Source of the DNA: a bacterium
Lineage (GTDB): Bacteria > Zhuqueibacterota > QNDG01 > JAGLOF01
Assembly (NCBI GenBank): GCA_023139105.1
Contig: JAGLOF010000089.1
Span: forward strand, 1,807-65,806
Direction of reading: 5' to 3'
DNA: 64,000 bases
Shown here: piece after piece, positions 41,267 to 51,681 of the stretch
Layout: every line of letters begins with the position of its first letter
Numbering within the stretch: position 1 is the stretch's first letter
Notes under the pieces: generated by a model
Databases searched by the model: none
Told to the model about the DNA's origin: nothing
What the model saw: the letters and a program-made list of their open reading frames with translations, nothing else
Translations under genes and position numbers: made by a program

Positions 41267-42517
41267 TTACGAATATTTTTCAACCCATATTTGTACAAGA
41301 TTGACCAAAGTCTCTACTGTTTTTTCCATATCCTGTATTGATATCCACTCTTGCTTGCTGTGAAAACTATGCCCGCCTGTGAATATATTGGGTGTAAGCA
41401 GACCGCGATAACTCAACCTGGCACCGTCAGTTCCGCCACGAATAATATTTAGCACAGGTTCAATACCCGCACGGCGTACAGCCTCAAGAGCATAATCTAC
41501 AACTTCAGGTTTTTCTTGAAGTTTCAAACGCATATTTCTGTAAGATTCCTGTACTTCCAATGAAATATCAGCCTTGGGATATTTGGCCGCAATTCTATCG
41601 CGAATCCGCCTAAGATAATGGCTCTTTTGTTTGATACCTTCCAATTCAAAATCACGAAGCAAGAGCTTTATTTTCATTTCGGAAGCACTGCCATTCAGCA
41701 CATATGGATGGATGTATCCTTCACGGCCCTCTGTAGTCTCAGGTGCGGGATATTCTTCCAGAGCCATGACAATGTCGGCTGCAATTCTTACAGCATTGAC
41801 CAGCCTGTTCTTTGCATAACCGGGATGTACAACAATGCCTTTAATTGTAAATGTAGCAGCAGAGGCGTTAAATGTCTCATTTTCAATGCCGCCTACTTGT
41901 TCACCATCTACCGTGTAAGCATAATCGGCACCAAATTTATCCACATCAAAAAACTTGGTACCTGTGCCTACTTCTTCATCAGGAGTAAAAGCAATTTTTA
42001 TATTAGCATGACGAATCTCAGGGTGATCCTGCAAATAAGCAATCATTGTCATAATTTCAGCAATACCGGCTTTATTGTCTGCACCCAACAGAGTAGTTCC
42101 GTCAGATGTAATAATATCTTTACCAATCTGTGTTGTCAGATCAGGATTCTCATTTTCCCGGATAATCTGAGAAGTATCACCTGGCAGGACAATATCTCCT
42201 CCCTGGTAATTAGCGTGTATTACGGGTTTCACATCTAAACCGGAGACATCGGGTGATGTATCAACATGTGCCAGAAATCCAATGGTTGGCACCTTAGCTG
42301 TGTCTTCAGATGAAAGATTAGATGCAAGCGTAGCCATTACATAGCCATATTCATCCATTGAAGCACTATCAAGGCCAAGGACCTTTAACTCTTTAACAAG
42401 TAACTTTGATAGTTCTTTCTGCTTTTCAGTACTGGGATATTTCTCCCCGGAATCATCTCTTGACTGAGTATCCATTTTAACATATCTGAAAAGCCGATCT
42501 ATAATTGCCTTGCTCAT
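41267..42517 (-). CDS. pepT: Peptidase T (M20B tripeptidase)
   Basis: AHVDTS, LGADNKAG, FTPDEEVG, IRGGTDG, FHSKQEW. Confidence 0.96.
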   Translation of the reverse strand: MSKAIIDRLFRYVKMDTQSRDDSGEKYPSTEKQKELSKLLVKELKVLGLDSASMDEYGYVMATLASNLSSEDTAKVPTIGFLAHVDTSPDVSGLDVKPVIHANYQGGDIVLPGDTSQIIRENENPDLTTQIGKDIITSDGTTLLGADNKAGIAEIMTMIAYLQDHPEIRHANIKIAFTPDEEVGTGTKFFDVDKFGADYAYTVDGEQVGGIENETFNASAATFTIKGIVVHPGYAKNRLVNAVRIAADIVMALEEYPAPETTEGREGYIHPYVLNGSASEMKIKLLLRDFELEGIKQKSHYLRRIRDRIAAKYPKADISLEVQESYRNMRLKLQEKPEVVDYALEAVRRAGIEPVLNIIRGGTDGARLSYRGLLTPNIFTGGHSFHSKQEWISIQDMEKTVETLVNLVQIWVEKYS

Positions 42518-42527
42518 AATATCCCCT

Positions 42528-42923
42528 CTATTCAGGTCTTACTTTCTTTGTGATTATTTCCAAATTTTTATCCATACTTGATAATCTTTTGGCCATATCA
42601 TTCATGCGCCATTCCAATGATGACAACATCCAGAACTGAAAATGGATAACTTTAGCCTCATTACGTAAAAATATAAATATCTTTATTGAAAGTAATACCA
42701 AGCCCAATTCAACTGCCGGCAGCTCCAGGTGATGAGGTAAAAATGGAGCGGCTATCAATGTAGCCAGAACAAGTGTGATCATTACTATTTCAAAAATTTT
42801 TCCCAGGGTTGTAGGTTTACCGCCAATCTGGCCGACAATCTTGCGAATCTGTTCTTTCTCTTTAATAAATTGTTCCAATTCTGCACGGCTGAATTCATCA
42901 AAATCTTTCTCCTTGTCAAGCAT
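42528..42923 (-). CDS. Hypothetical membrane protein (2 TM)
   Basis: EKEQIRKIVGQIGG and HFQFWMLSSLEWR flank two hydrophobic helices; GAGG RBS. Confidence 0.8.
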   Translation of the reverse strand: MLDKEKDFDEFSRAELEQFIKEKEQIRKIVGQIGGKPTTLGKIFEIVMITLVLATLIAAPFLPHHLELPAVELGLVLLSIKIFIFLRNEAKVIHFQFWMLSSLEWRMNDMAKRLSSMDKNLEIITKKVRPE

Positions 42924-42940
42924 AGAAAATACCTCATATA

Positions 42941-43495
42941 TTATTTAAAGGCCTTTAAATGTTTCTTTTGAATCACACGATATGCAGGCCTGTTAGCTTG
43001 TACATACTCTTTTGAATGTGAAATAGCCGGATATTGTGACTCCCGCATCCTTGACCAGAGGTCATTAATATCAGCTCTATTGACAGTAATATTCTCTTTT
43101 TCTAGGAATTCTTCCAAATATTCCCCATATAGGTTCATTCTATCATGATCTCCTTTAGCATCGGTCCAGGAATCAATAAACATATCTGCAAGACCTGAAA
43201 CACTCTCTCCGTTTTTCTCCCATATCCTTATATTTACACGAAGAACTTCACCACGTGGATCAATGAGCTCCAACATGCGCTCAGCATTTGCAGGTCGCTC
43301 ACCCTTGCCCCATTCTGATATTATCCCCTCCTCTATTCTCTCTCTATTCATGACAGCATGACTACCTCCGAAACAGATCTGATGACACATCTTATATAGA
43401 TCTTCTACTCCAAACATTCTGTGCATCTTAAATTGTTCGGAAATAATACTTTGGAAATACCCCTTTTCATCAAGGTAGGAAAATATATTAGTCAT
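42941..43495 (-). CDS. Hypothetical protein
   Basis: Operonic overlap with the upstream gene; DLYKMCHQ and HSKEY..ANRPAYRV motifs. Confidence 0.75.
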   Translation of the reverse strand: MTNIFSYLDEKGYFQSIISEQFKMHRMFGVEDLYKMCHQICFGGSHAVMNRERIEEGIISEWGKGERPANAERMLELIDPRGEVLRVNIRIWEKNGESVSGLADMFIDSWTDAKGDHDRMNLYGEYLEEFLEKENITVNRADINDLWSRMRESQYPAISHSKEYVQANRPAYRVIQKKHLKAFK

Positions 43496-44132
43496 CCTGG
43501 CATCCTTTTTTAAGGCCGAAAATAGCGGTAACGGATTTACGCGGTGACATCAGCAGACTGTCATTAAGATTAATTCCAATTTCATCTGCGCCAATCTGTG
43601 TAAGAAGATCGGTCTGTGCTGAGAGTGGCCAATCACCATAACCGGGACTGAAACGTGCTGTTTCTTTGAAATCATTCATAGATTCATTCAGATTTTTCCA
43701 GGCTTGATGATGCACCCAATCTGCAACAGAATCTGCAGATTCAGAGCCAATGGCATCAAGGATGAAAGCCTCGGTTGCACTGCCCTTTTCCATATAAATA
43801 ACTATATCTTTTTCCAACTCGCTACCAATAGTTGCAGCTAATACTGCAATGTAGTGACACCCTTTCAGCAATGTTGATATATGCCGACTTTTAATCTGCC
43901 AGGAAGTATCATGCAGGTTGACATTCTCTTCTTCAATATAATCAATTGCAAATAAATGTAAAATAGCCTTAAATTTCATTGTCAGGCTGGCTTCTACCTG
44001 CATTACATGTAGTATTTCACCAATAGGTCCAATCGGCACGCCATCTCCCGCAGGATAGCCGATACGACGAATAATAGCTTTCTCCGGTATTGGCAGTTCA
44101 GGCACATTTAATATATGGTGTTCAGTAATCAT
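43488..44132 (-). CDS. Stand-alone B12-dependent methionine synthase activation-domain protein
   Basis: AATIGSELE, LDAIGS, RFSPGYGDW, PRKSVTA. Confidence 0.88.
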   Translation of the reverse strand: MITEHHILNVPELPIPEKAIIRRIGYPAGDGVPIGPIGEILHVMQVEASLTMKFKAILHLFAIDYIEEENVNLHDTSWQIKSRHISTLLKGCHYIAVLAATIGSELEKDIVIYMEKGSATEAFILDAIGSESADSVADWVHHQAWKNLNESMNDFKETARFSPGYGDWPLSAQTDLLTQIGADEIGINLNDSLLMSPRKSVTAIFGLKKGCQDD

Positions 44133-44137
44133 GATTC

Positions 44138-46222
44138 CTATAACTCCAGGAATGTAAAGTCCTTGCCTAATGGAGCACCTGTGGTCTTAAACAACTCTTT
44201 TATATGATCATCCATTGTAAAATAGATTATTTGCCACCCCTGCTCAGTCAACTTCAGCATCTGCTCAACAAGCAGTTTACGTCTTGACCAATCCGAATAT
44301 TGAAAAGCATCATCCAGAATGATGAATGCGGCATCATCTCCCAGCAGGTGTGCGCCAAAACCTATGCGCAAAGCTAAAAGCACTTGCTCACGGGCACCGC
44401 TACTTAAATCTGTCAATGTATAAGAAGACAATCCGTCAGAGACCATTAATCCGTCTGCTTCCAATTCAAATGAATTGTAACGACCAGTCATTGCAAATAG
44501 CGGTGCCTGCACAGCACTATGAGATAATGCATCAGCCAGTTTTTCATCTTCATCCTGTTCAAGTTCCTGTATTACACGATAAACAAGTTTTTTTCCTATA
44601 ATCTGCGCAGTCTTTAGAGCATATTCAGCCGCAGTCTCATCTCTCTTGATTCTCAATGATTCCAGTAGATCAGACCAGTTACGCGCATTCTTATCCCTTA
44701 TCTCCTGAAAGATGGAACGTTTAAGATCATCAAGCTGTTGCTCTGCGGAAAGGATTTGTTGATCAATATTATTTTTACGTATTTCCAATTTTTCAATGAC
44801 AAGACGATCATAGACGACATCTGATGTTTCAGCAATATATTCAACAGGTTCTACATCCAGTTGAGCCAATTGAATACGATAGGTCTGCAGGCTGTTTTCA
44901 AAGGTTTCCAAAGTGTGTGCAGTCTCCAGTAAAACACTTTCCCATGTGTCAGGGCCATGTTTTTGTCCGGTCAACCGGAAGATCAATTGCTCAAGTCTTA
45001 CTTCGTATTGATCAATAAGTCTTCTATCCGAAGCAAGTTGATCATCCAATAATTTTGCTTTTGCATAATCCTCCTGACAAAGTAATATCTGTTCTCTCAG
45101 CTGTGGCAGACCTGTCAGTTCCTCATTAAATCGAATCTTATATTGTTCTTTCAAACGGTCGACTTCATCTGATTGCCCACGTCTTTTAACAAGATTATGC
45201 AAGCGCTTGACAATAATCATTACTGTTGCTGCCATGATAAATAAACCTGCCAAAGCACCCTGCCAAATGCCTGTAACCGTTGTAATTCCAGCTGCAATGG
45301 CGGATAATATAGCCAGGACAGGCAGGAGATAACCTACACTTACAGATTCTTCCATCATCAATGCTTCATATAACCTGGTTGCATTCTGAAGCCATTCATG
45401 ATGACGGCTTTTTTCACGGGCAAGATCAAGTTCATTCTTACGGGATACTGTTTCCCGTTGCTTTTGCCTTAAAAGATTTAGTTCATCACGTGCTTTTTGT
45501 AATGTGTCACGGGATATCTGGCGTTTCTGCTCTTCCAGTGAATCTACCTGATGTTGAATCCGGCCAGCCAGAATTTTCCGTGCCTTGTTCTGAGCTTCAA
45601 GTTCTGTTGCTACCTTGGCTCTCTCTTTTTCAAGTACTTGCCGCTGGCCACCAGAAAAACGTTTATTCACATTTTGAATTAACTGATTCAAAACTGTCAG
45701 ACGTTCTTGAAGTATTTCACGATCTTTAATTTCTCCACGTCTTGAACCGGTGATCCGTGTTGATTCAATTGATGATTCCTGAACAGTTTTGGGAATACGT
45801 TTTTCAATACGCTCCAGAGCCTGCTGACCTGAAATAAAATGTTTTATTGTAGAACGATCAATACCTCCATCTGCATCTACAACAATCTCTGTCTCTGCGC
45901 CCTTTACAACCAATAAGCGCGAAAAATCTTCCGGTAGTCCACGATCATTCTCCCACACATCATCCAGGCGACCTGTAGTTCGTGGAGAAAACCCCATGGG
46001 ACCGCCGGGCAAGCCATGTATCATTACACGTCCTGAAGCACTGGTATTACGTAAAGACCAATGTCTGGAAGATTTGAATAGTGATCGTATAAAAAATTCA
46101 ACCAGATGTGTCTTGCCGCGTTCATTTTTTCCATAAATCAGATTAAATTTACTGAATTTCCAATCGATAGAAGATATAGGACCAAGTCCTTTAGCTTTAA
46201 TTGAATCTATGTAGATGGGCAT
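44138..46222 (-). CDS. SbcC/Rad50-like (YhaN-like) coiled-coil ATPase with central hydrophobic hairpin
   Basis: Walker A GKNERGKT, signature LSSGAREQ, Walker B IILDDAF. Confidence 0.85.
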   Translation of the reverse strand: MPIYIDSIKAKGLGPISSIDWKFSKFNLIYGKNERGKTHLVEFFIRSLFKSSRHWSLRNTSASGRVMIHGLPGGPMGFSPRTTGRLDDVWENDRGLPEDFSRLLVVKGAETEIVVDADGGIDRSTIKHFISGQQALERIEKRIPKTVQESSIESTRITGSRRGEIKDREILQERLTVLNQLIQNVNKRFSGGQRQVLEKERAKVATELEAQNKARKILAGRIQHQVDSLEEQKRQISRDTLQKARDELNLLRQKQRETVSRKNELDLAREKSRHHEWLQNATRLYEALMMEESVSVGYLLPVLAILSAIAAGITTVTGIWQGALAGLFIMAATVMIIVKRLHNLVKRRGQSDEVDRLKEQYKIRFNEELTGLPQLREQILLCQEDYAKAKLLDDQLASDRRLIDQYEVRLEQLIFRLTGQKHGPDTWESVLLETAHTLETFENSLQTYRIQLAQLDVEPVEYIAETSDVVYDRLVIEKLEIRKNNIDQQILSAEQQLDDLKRSIFQEIRDKNARNWSDLLESLRIKRDETAAEYALKTAQIIGKKLVYRVIQELEQDEDEKLADALSHSAVQAPLFAMTGRYNSFELEADGLMVSDGLSSYTLTDLSSGAREQVLLALRIGFGAHLLGDDAAFIILDDAFQYSDWSRRKLLVEQMLKLTEQGWQIIYFTMDDHIKELFKTTGAPLGKDFTFLEL

Positions 46223-46225
46223 AAT

Positions 46226-47290
46226 TTACTCTTCATATATTACTTTAAGAGCTTGAATAAGGATAAGATCCGTGTCAGGTTCATCCTGATTTTCAGGCCA
46301 ATCCAAAGTTTCTATTTCTCTATAAACACGTCTTGCTATTTCAGCAAGATCTTTATTCTCATTGAACTTCAAGCCAGTAAGATCCAGTCCATTTTCATCA
46401 TCCCATGAAAATTCTTCAAAGCCCTGCCTTATCCAATCTGAAATAGCAGATCGATCTGATGTATAACCGACAACCTTGATTCTCAATTGAGTAACAACCC
46501 TCTCGGCAGCAGTTAGATTCCACCGGGCAAGGTATGAATGTATCTGTTCATCTACAAAATGCCGTTCATTTTTCATTGGTAAAACAGATATTTCGGCATG
46601 AAAATAAAGCCTTTCAGCCAGGATAGGCTCTTCTGTACAATGCCCGGTCTCTGTATTGAGAAGTAAATAATGTCTACGACCAGTCTCATTAATATGCAAC
46701 GGAGAGGGTGATCCCGGATAGATTACACGATCCGATATTTGTGATTTATGAATATGACCAAGAACAACACGTTGTGGATGAAATTGGTCAATATCAGAAC
46801 GTGTTAACGGCATGTATACACCAGGCTCATAGGGATTAGGCTCCCGCATTCCTTCTACCCAATCACCATGCCCGATAAGAATCCATCTTTGGGTCGGCAA
46901 TTCATCAATATAGCGACCAATCCATTCTCCCATATTGGTATTCTCACGATATGGAAGAAATAGACAGGGCATACTCATCAGATCAAAATTTTTTATGACA
47001 GGTTCACTATAAATTGCAACATTGGAAGCTGTAATTGCCTGAGCTTTCAGTTGCATATCATGATTACCAGGAAGAAGATGAATTGTAATATGACGGTATT
47101 CTTTCCGTGTAACCAGATTTTCAAAATCCGATAGATCACTGACATTTTCATCAAAACAGTCTCCGGCAACCAGTAGATGTTCAACCTTATTTTTAATAAG
47201 GCTGTCGAGAATGCGCTCTAAAGCAACATAACGCCGGGGATGCTGATGCAGGCTGGTCAAGTGACAATCGGCAGTCACCGCAATAATCAC
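46226..47290 (-). CDS. SbcD/Mre11-like metallophosphoesterase
   Basis: ADCHL, AGDCFD, PGNHD, LGHIH, YPGS. Confidence 0.88.
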   Translation of the reverse strand: MIIAVTADCHLTSLHQHPRRYVALERILDSLIKNKVEHLLVAGDCFDENVSDLSDFENLVTRKEYRHITIHLLPGNHDMQLKAQAITASNVAIYSEPVIKNFDLMSMPCLFLPYRENTNMGEWIGRYIDELPTQRWILIGHGDWVEGMREPNPYEPGVYMPLTRSDIDQFHPQRVVLGHIHKSQISDRVIYPGSPSPLHINETGRRHYLLLNTETGHCTEEPILAERLYFHAEISVLPMKNERHFVDEQIHSYLARWNLTAAERVVTQLRIKVVGYTSDRSAISDWIRQGFEEFSWDDENGLDLTGLKFNENKDLAEIARRVYREIETLDWPENQDEPDTDLILIQALKVIYEE

Positions 47291-47395
47291 GGGCAGCTCC
47301 TGCTATTTAGTTGTACAAGTAAATTGATTAATATTTAAATACTTGGGATAATTTACATTGATTTTCCTATAAACTCAAGAAGAATAAACAACGAA

Positions 47396-47893
47396 TTATT
47401 CATCCTGGGTGGCGTGTGTAAACATAGTCAATAAATCATTCACATCATTTTTATCTATGACAGGTTTTTCATCAGCACCCGGATCATTTGTTGTATCTGC
47501 CTGTGTTGCATGTAATTGACCAAAAAATATATTAGATGATATGATTTTACAGCCATATTGACGAACATATCGCACAATCTCATTATCTGATGTGACAACT
47601 GTGCATAACCGTGGTTGATCTAAACGGTCAACCAGACGTTTTATAAGAGGATCAGCCTTCTCCCCGTTTCTGGAAAAAATAATTTTCATGCCGGATGCAG
47701 GAGTGGTTGGATGGCCAATTCCTCCAACTCCATCAAATACCAAAGTAAGTTTGATTCGACGCTTGCCTACAAATGATGAAAGCATATTGATAAGCAGTTC
47801 TCTGGATCTTTGAAGGTCTGAATCCATCATCTTTTTTATAGATGGCATTTGATGCATTAAATTATAGGCATCAACAATATATAGCCTTCCCAT
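47396..47893 (-). CDS. NYN-domain (YacP/Rae1-like) nuclease
   Basis: IVDAYNL, VFDG, KAD, VVTSD. Confidence 0.88.
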   Translation of the reverse strand: MGRLYIVDAYNLMHQMPSIKKMMDSDLQRSRELLINMLSSFVGKRRIKLTLVFDGVGGIGHPTTPASGMKIIFSRNGEKADPLIKRLVDRLDQPRLCTVVTSDNEIVRYVRQYGCKIISSNIFFGQLHATQADTTNDPGADEKPVIDKNDVNDLLTMFTHATQDE

Positions 47894-48709
47894 TTATATA
47901 GTCTCAGCCAGGATTGCAGCATCTATTATACCTCTGTATACTATGACAGCAGGTCCGATTAATGTTATATTCTCCCATTGAGGATCAAATGAAACCTGCA
48001 ATTCACCACCACGAGTAGAAATGTCAACTGGTGATACTATCTCTAAACCATACGAAGCAAGCAAGGCGGCTGCTACGCATCCTGTACCACAGGCAAGAGT
48101 CTCAGCTTCTACTCCACGTTCAAAAGTCCTTATTTCGAGACCCTTATCTACTTTAGAAACAAAATTAACATTAACACCTTGAGGGAAAGATTTATGGTGT
48201 CTGTAATATGGCGCTATCCTGCTTACATCTATGTCATTTACATCCGGTACAAATATCACATAGTGCGGGACACCGGTATTTATAGAGCCGCCCTCTTTCC
48301 AGCTCGTGTCCGTTAAAATCCCAGGTTTCGGAACGAACATATACGGCGGCAACATAGTAAGGGCAACTTTCTTCATATCAATCTTTACCGAATGCATGCC
48401 CTCATCAGATTCAAGTTCAAAGGCAGCAGAAGATACCCAGCCATTTAAAAAAGCATATTGTGCTGTGCAACGTGCACCATTACCGCACATTGAAGCCTGA
48501 TTGCCATCTGCATTAAAATAACGCATTTTAACCGGTGTAGTCAAACCATGTTCTACTAAAATCAGACCATCTGCTCCAATACCCTTTCGTCTCTCACATA
48601 ATCTGGCAAATAAGTAATTTTCATTGCCTGAAAATATATTGTCCCGGTTATCAAACAGAATAAAATCATTACCTGCACCTGTCATCTTTGTAAAATGTAT
48701 AGATTTCAT
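47894..48709 (-). CDS. dapF: Diaminopimelate epimerase
   Basis: FTKMTGAGNDF, MCGNGARC, ERGVEAETLACGTG. Confidence 0.97.
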   Translation of the reverse strand: MKSIHFTKMTGAGNDFILFDNRDNIFSGNENYLFARLCERRKGIGADGLILVEHGLTTPVKMRYFNADGNQASMCGNGARCTAQYAFLNGWVSSAAFELESDEGMHSVKIDMKKVALTMLPPYMFVPKPGILTDTSWKEGGSINTGVPHYVIFVPDVNDIDVSRIAPYYRHHKSFPQGVNVNFVSKVDKGLEIRTFERGVEAETLACGTGCVAAALLASYGLEIVSPVDISTRGGELQVSFDPQWENITLIGPAVIVYRGIIDAAILAETI

Positions 48710-49650
48710 TCTATTTCCATCTCAATATTATTCAGATTTAACTTAACGACAACATCGGCAATCTCAAATAAAATTGTTTCAATCCGTTTCTCCGTTGGCC
48801 TTGACCAGCGTATCAATGTTTCGCTATTCTGACTTATAACTGTCACAGGAAGACCGTAATGTTCCGTTGTAGCCGTTAGTGTCCATGTTGTATTTGGCAG
48901 ATAAGCGGCCCGATGAATCTGCAATAAAGGAGGAATTCGTTGCTGCGCAATGCTGTCTTCCGGACTAAAATAGATATCTATCTGCAATTCCGGATTAAGA
49001 GCTTCCAGCCTGGAAAGAGTGACAGCATTAGGTAGATACAGATCACGCCTTTCTGCATAAATCGGATAAATTTTAAATAATTCTTTTAATTGAATCGGGC
49101 CACGTAATCTTGATTCAGTTTTCTTTACAGGAACAGTCTTCCTGATGGGCTGTGATCTTATTACAGGTTTTAAGATACCCGTCATGGCCGGATGTGTTGT
49201 ATCAAAATTAGCAACTGCAAATGCAGTATCAGGATACCAAATGGAGGTTTCAGGGATTTCTTGATTCTTAAAGAGCGAAACTCCTTTAAATATATATAAA
49301 AGAATTACAGAAATAATTATAATTGATAAAAATATGCTCATGGCAATGGCTGGACGATTCTTCTCAGAACGAATAGTATTATCTGCGTCGGAATTGCTTA
49401 TATCATTATTGATATCTGTATCCGGCCACTTGAAAATTGACGTATCACACTTAAGTTCTGCTGCAAGTGTCCTAACAAAACCACGAAAATGCACATCTGC
49501 CAATTTGCCAATCTCTCCAGCTTCAATTGACTCGATAATACCTGTCTCTATACGGGTAATTTGATGTAGTTGAGCGAGTGTCAGTCCAGCCTTCTCTCTG
49601 GCTGAACACAGCTGCATTCCTATCTTCTTGTATGATGTATCATGATCCAT
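48706..49650 (-). CDS. RodZ-like HTH membrane protein with extra C-terminal domain
   Basis: AREKAGLTL..ITRI..IEAG..RGFVRTLA HTH, then a single TM. Confidence 0.75.
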   Translation of the reverse strand: MDHDTSYKKIGMQLCSAREKAGLTLAQLHQITRIETGIIESIEAGEIGKLADVHFRGFVRTLAAELKCDTSIFKWPDTDINNDISNSDADNTIRSEKNRPAIAMSIFLSIIIISVILLYIFKGVSLFKNQEIPETSIWYPDTAFAVANFDTTHPAMTGILKPVIRSQPIRKTVPVKKTESRLRGPIQLKELFKIYPIYAERRDLYLPNAVTLSRLEALNPELQIDIYFSPEDSIAQQRIPPLLQIHRAAYLPNTTWTLTATTEHYGLPVTVISQNSETLIRWSRPTEKRIETILFEIADVVVKLNLNNIEMEIE

Positions 49651-50233
49651 TTAGTACAGACCTCACTACATCATCACCACACAGCTCTCTCCACATGTAA
49701 TAAAACAGTGTTAATGGAAAGCCAACAACATTATTATAATCACCTACAATATCTGATATCATTAATCCGCCACGATCTTGAATGCCATATGCTCCGGCTT
49801 TATCCAGAGGCGATCCTGAAGATACATAGGCATCAATCTCCCAATCTTCAAGATGTAAGAAATTAACAACTGTCATTTCAACGTCACTTAGTTCACCATG
49901 ATTTACATGTATCAATGAGATTCCGGTATAAACCTTGTGCGAATGATCAGACAGTTGATGCAAAATCTTTCTGGCTTCATCCTCATCCTTTGGTTTTCCT
50001 AATATTTTATCGTCGTGTACAACAATAGTATCAGCAGCTATTATTAATCCTTCTGACGTTTGGTGAAGAGCAGCCTTTGCCTTGGCTTTTGACAATATGT
50101 GAACATGCTCAACAGGATTATCTACTGGTGCATCAGATTCATCAACATTACAACTAATCTGATTGAACTCAAGGCCAATCTGCTTAAGCAGCATGGCTCT
50201 ACGAGGGGATTGTGATGCCAATGTAATTTTCAT
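49640..50233 (-). CDS. maf: Maf nucleoside triphosphate pyrophosphatase
   Basis: LASQSPRR, ADTIV, LGKP, DKAGAYGIQ. Confidence 0.96.
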   Translation of the reverse strand: MKITLASQSPRRAMLLKQIGLEFNQISCNVDESDAPVDNPVEHVHILSKAKAKAALHQTSEGLIIAADTIVVHDDKILGKPKDEDEARKILHQLSDHSHKVYTGISLIHVNHGELSDVEMTVVNFLHLEDWEIDAYVSSGSPLDKAGAYGIQDRGGLMISDIVGDYNNVVGFPLTLFYYMWRELCGDDVVRSVLNGS

Positions 50234-50679
50234 CGTGACTCCTCTGAATCAATTATTAGGGTAACAGGTCCATCATTGTCAATAGAAACTAGCATATGTG
50301 CCGCAAAACGACCGATCTCAGAATGAATATTCAAATTTTTCATGTGCCTGATAAAAAATTGATATAAAAGATCTGCTTTGTCTGGTTTTGCCGCTTGTGT
50401 AAAACTTGGACGTCGCCCTTTACGGGAATTACCCATAAGAGTAAACTGAGATATTATCAAAGCCTCGCCCTCAATGTCAAGAAGAGAGTAATGGAATTTC
50501 CCTTCATTATTATCGAATATGCGAAGATTTGCACATTTTTCAGCCAACCAAACAGCATCTGCCTCTGAGTCATCTTCGGCGACACCTAATAGTATGACCA
50601 TGCCTGTACCAATGCTGCCAATAATCTCTCCATCAACTGCAACCTGTGCTCGTACGACTCTTTGTATAAGCGCCCTCAT
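50230..50679 (-). CDS. dtd: D-aminoacyl-tRNA deacylase
   Basis: MRALIQRV, SQFTL, GRRPSF, NDGPVT. Confidence 0.97.
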   Translation of the reverse strand: MRALIQRVVRAQVAVDGEIIGSIGTGMVILLGVAEDDSEADAVWLAEKCANLRIFDNNEGKFHYSLLDIEGEALIISQFTLMGNSRKGRRPSFTQAAKPDKADLLYQFFIRHMKNLNIHSEIGRFAAHMLVSIDNDGPVTLIIDSEESR

Positions 50680-51518
50680 TATATTCGTCCAAAAAATACA
50701 GCCATGAGTCCTACTAACATATCAACTTTCATCAATACGGCCAGCATGTGAAATCTGCTCCTCTCAGGTCTCTTCCACATAGCCCAGGTAACACCAATGA
50801 GGAAACAATCTACGCCAGGAATAACAATAAAATAATATATAGGAGTAAAACAATCTGTAAACAGCGGCAGTAATGTGGCGACTATTACCGCCGCCATTGT
50901 AATAGTAGCTATTATCATTGCCGATTTGAATCCATATTTTATCGGAAGTGTTTGGGCTCCTGCAAGCCCATCACCTTCTACATCTTCCAGATCTTTTATT
51001 ATTTCTCTGGCAATATGAAAAAGGCAGGCAAATACGCCAACTATAAGGGCAACTTTAATACGCCCTACTGCTATACCACCATAGATAAAGGCCAAACCAG
51101 ATACAAAACCTACAGTAAGGTTGCCCCATAATGCCGTTGGTTTCAGCCATGCGGAATAGGCAAATAATAGAACAGTAGTAAGTATGGCGACAAAGAAGGC
51201 CTGCCAATTAATACAACACCCAAGTAGGCAACCGACAATGAATAAGACTCCACTGTACAGACGTGCAGCATTAATCGATAACCGGTTTGACGGCAAGGGT
51301 CTTTCAGGTTTGTTAATTCTATCAATTTCAAGATCAAAAACGTCATTGATGGTATTGGCGGCACCGGTAATCAACATGCCTGAAATTACCGCCAGTACTA
51401 AATTTACTATTGGCAAGCTAAAGCCGGAGAGAACTCCACCAAGAAAAATTGACAGGCCCGCAATTAGAACATTAACGGGTCTTAAGAGACGAAAATATCC
51501 ATTGATAGTTTGCTTCAT
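50679..51518 (-). CDS. UbiA-family prenyltransferase (DGGGP-synthase-like)
   Basis: NDVFDLEIDRINKPERPL and REIIKDLEDVEGD. Confidence 0.85.
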   Translation of the reverse strand: MKQTINGYFRLLRPVNVLIAGLSIFLGGVLSGFSLPIVNLVLAVISGMLITGAANTINDVFDLEIDRINKPERPLPSNRLSINAARLYSGVLFIVGCLLGCCINWQAFFVAILTTVLLFAYSAWLKPTALWGNLTVGFVSGLAFIYGGIAVGRIKVALIVGVFACLFHIAREIIKDLEDVEGDGLAGAQTLPIKYGFKSAMIIATITMAAVIVATLLPLFTDCFTPIYYFIVIPGVDCFLIGVTWAMWKRPERSRFHMLAVLMKVDMLVGLMAVFFGRI

Positions 51519-51681
51519 AACATAAAGTAACAGAATCTCCCCTTAAAAAGCAACTTGCAAATATTTTGTTAATATATTATTTAAAGCTTACGCCGTAACT
51601 AACCTTTTTGAGATCTCTCAGGGAAGAGCTCTTCGAGATGACAAACAGTGGAGAAAAGGCATATTTTAATCTATTCAGCAT

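Noticed and set aside
41267..42517. PepT as the processing protease for the 55-aa peptide
   Set aside because: PepT is a cytoplasmic tripeptide aminopeptidase ending a separate operon; not a leader peptidase
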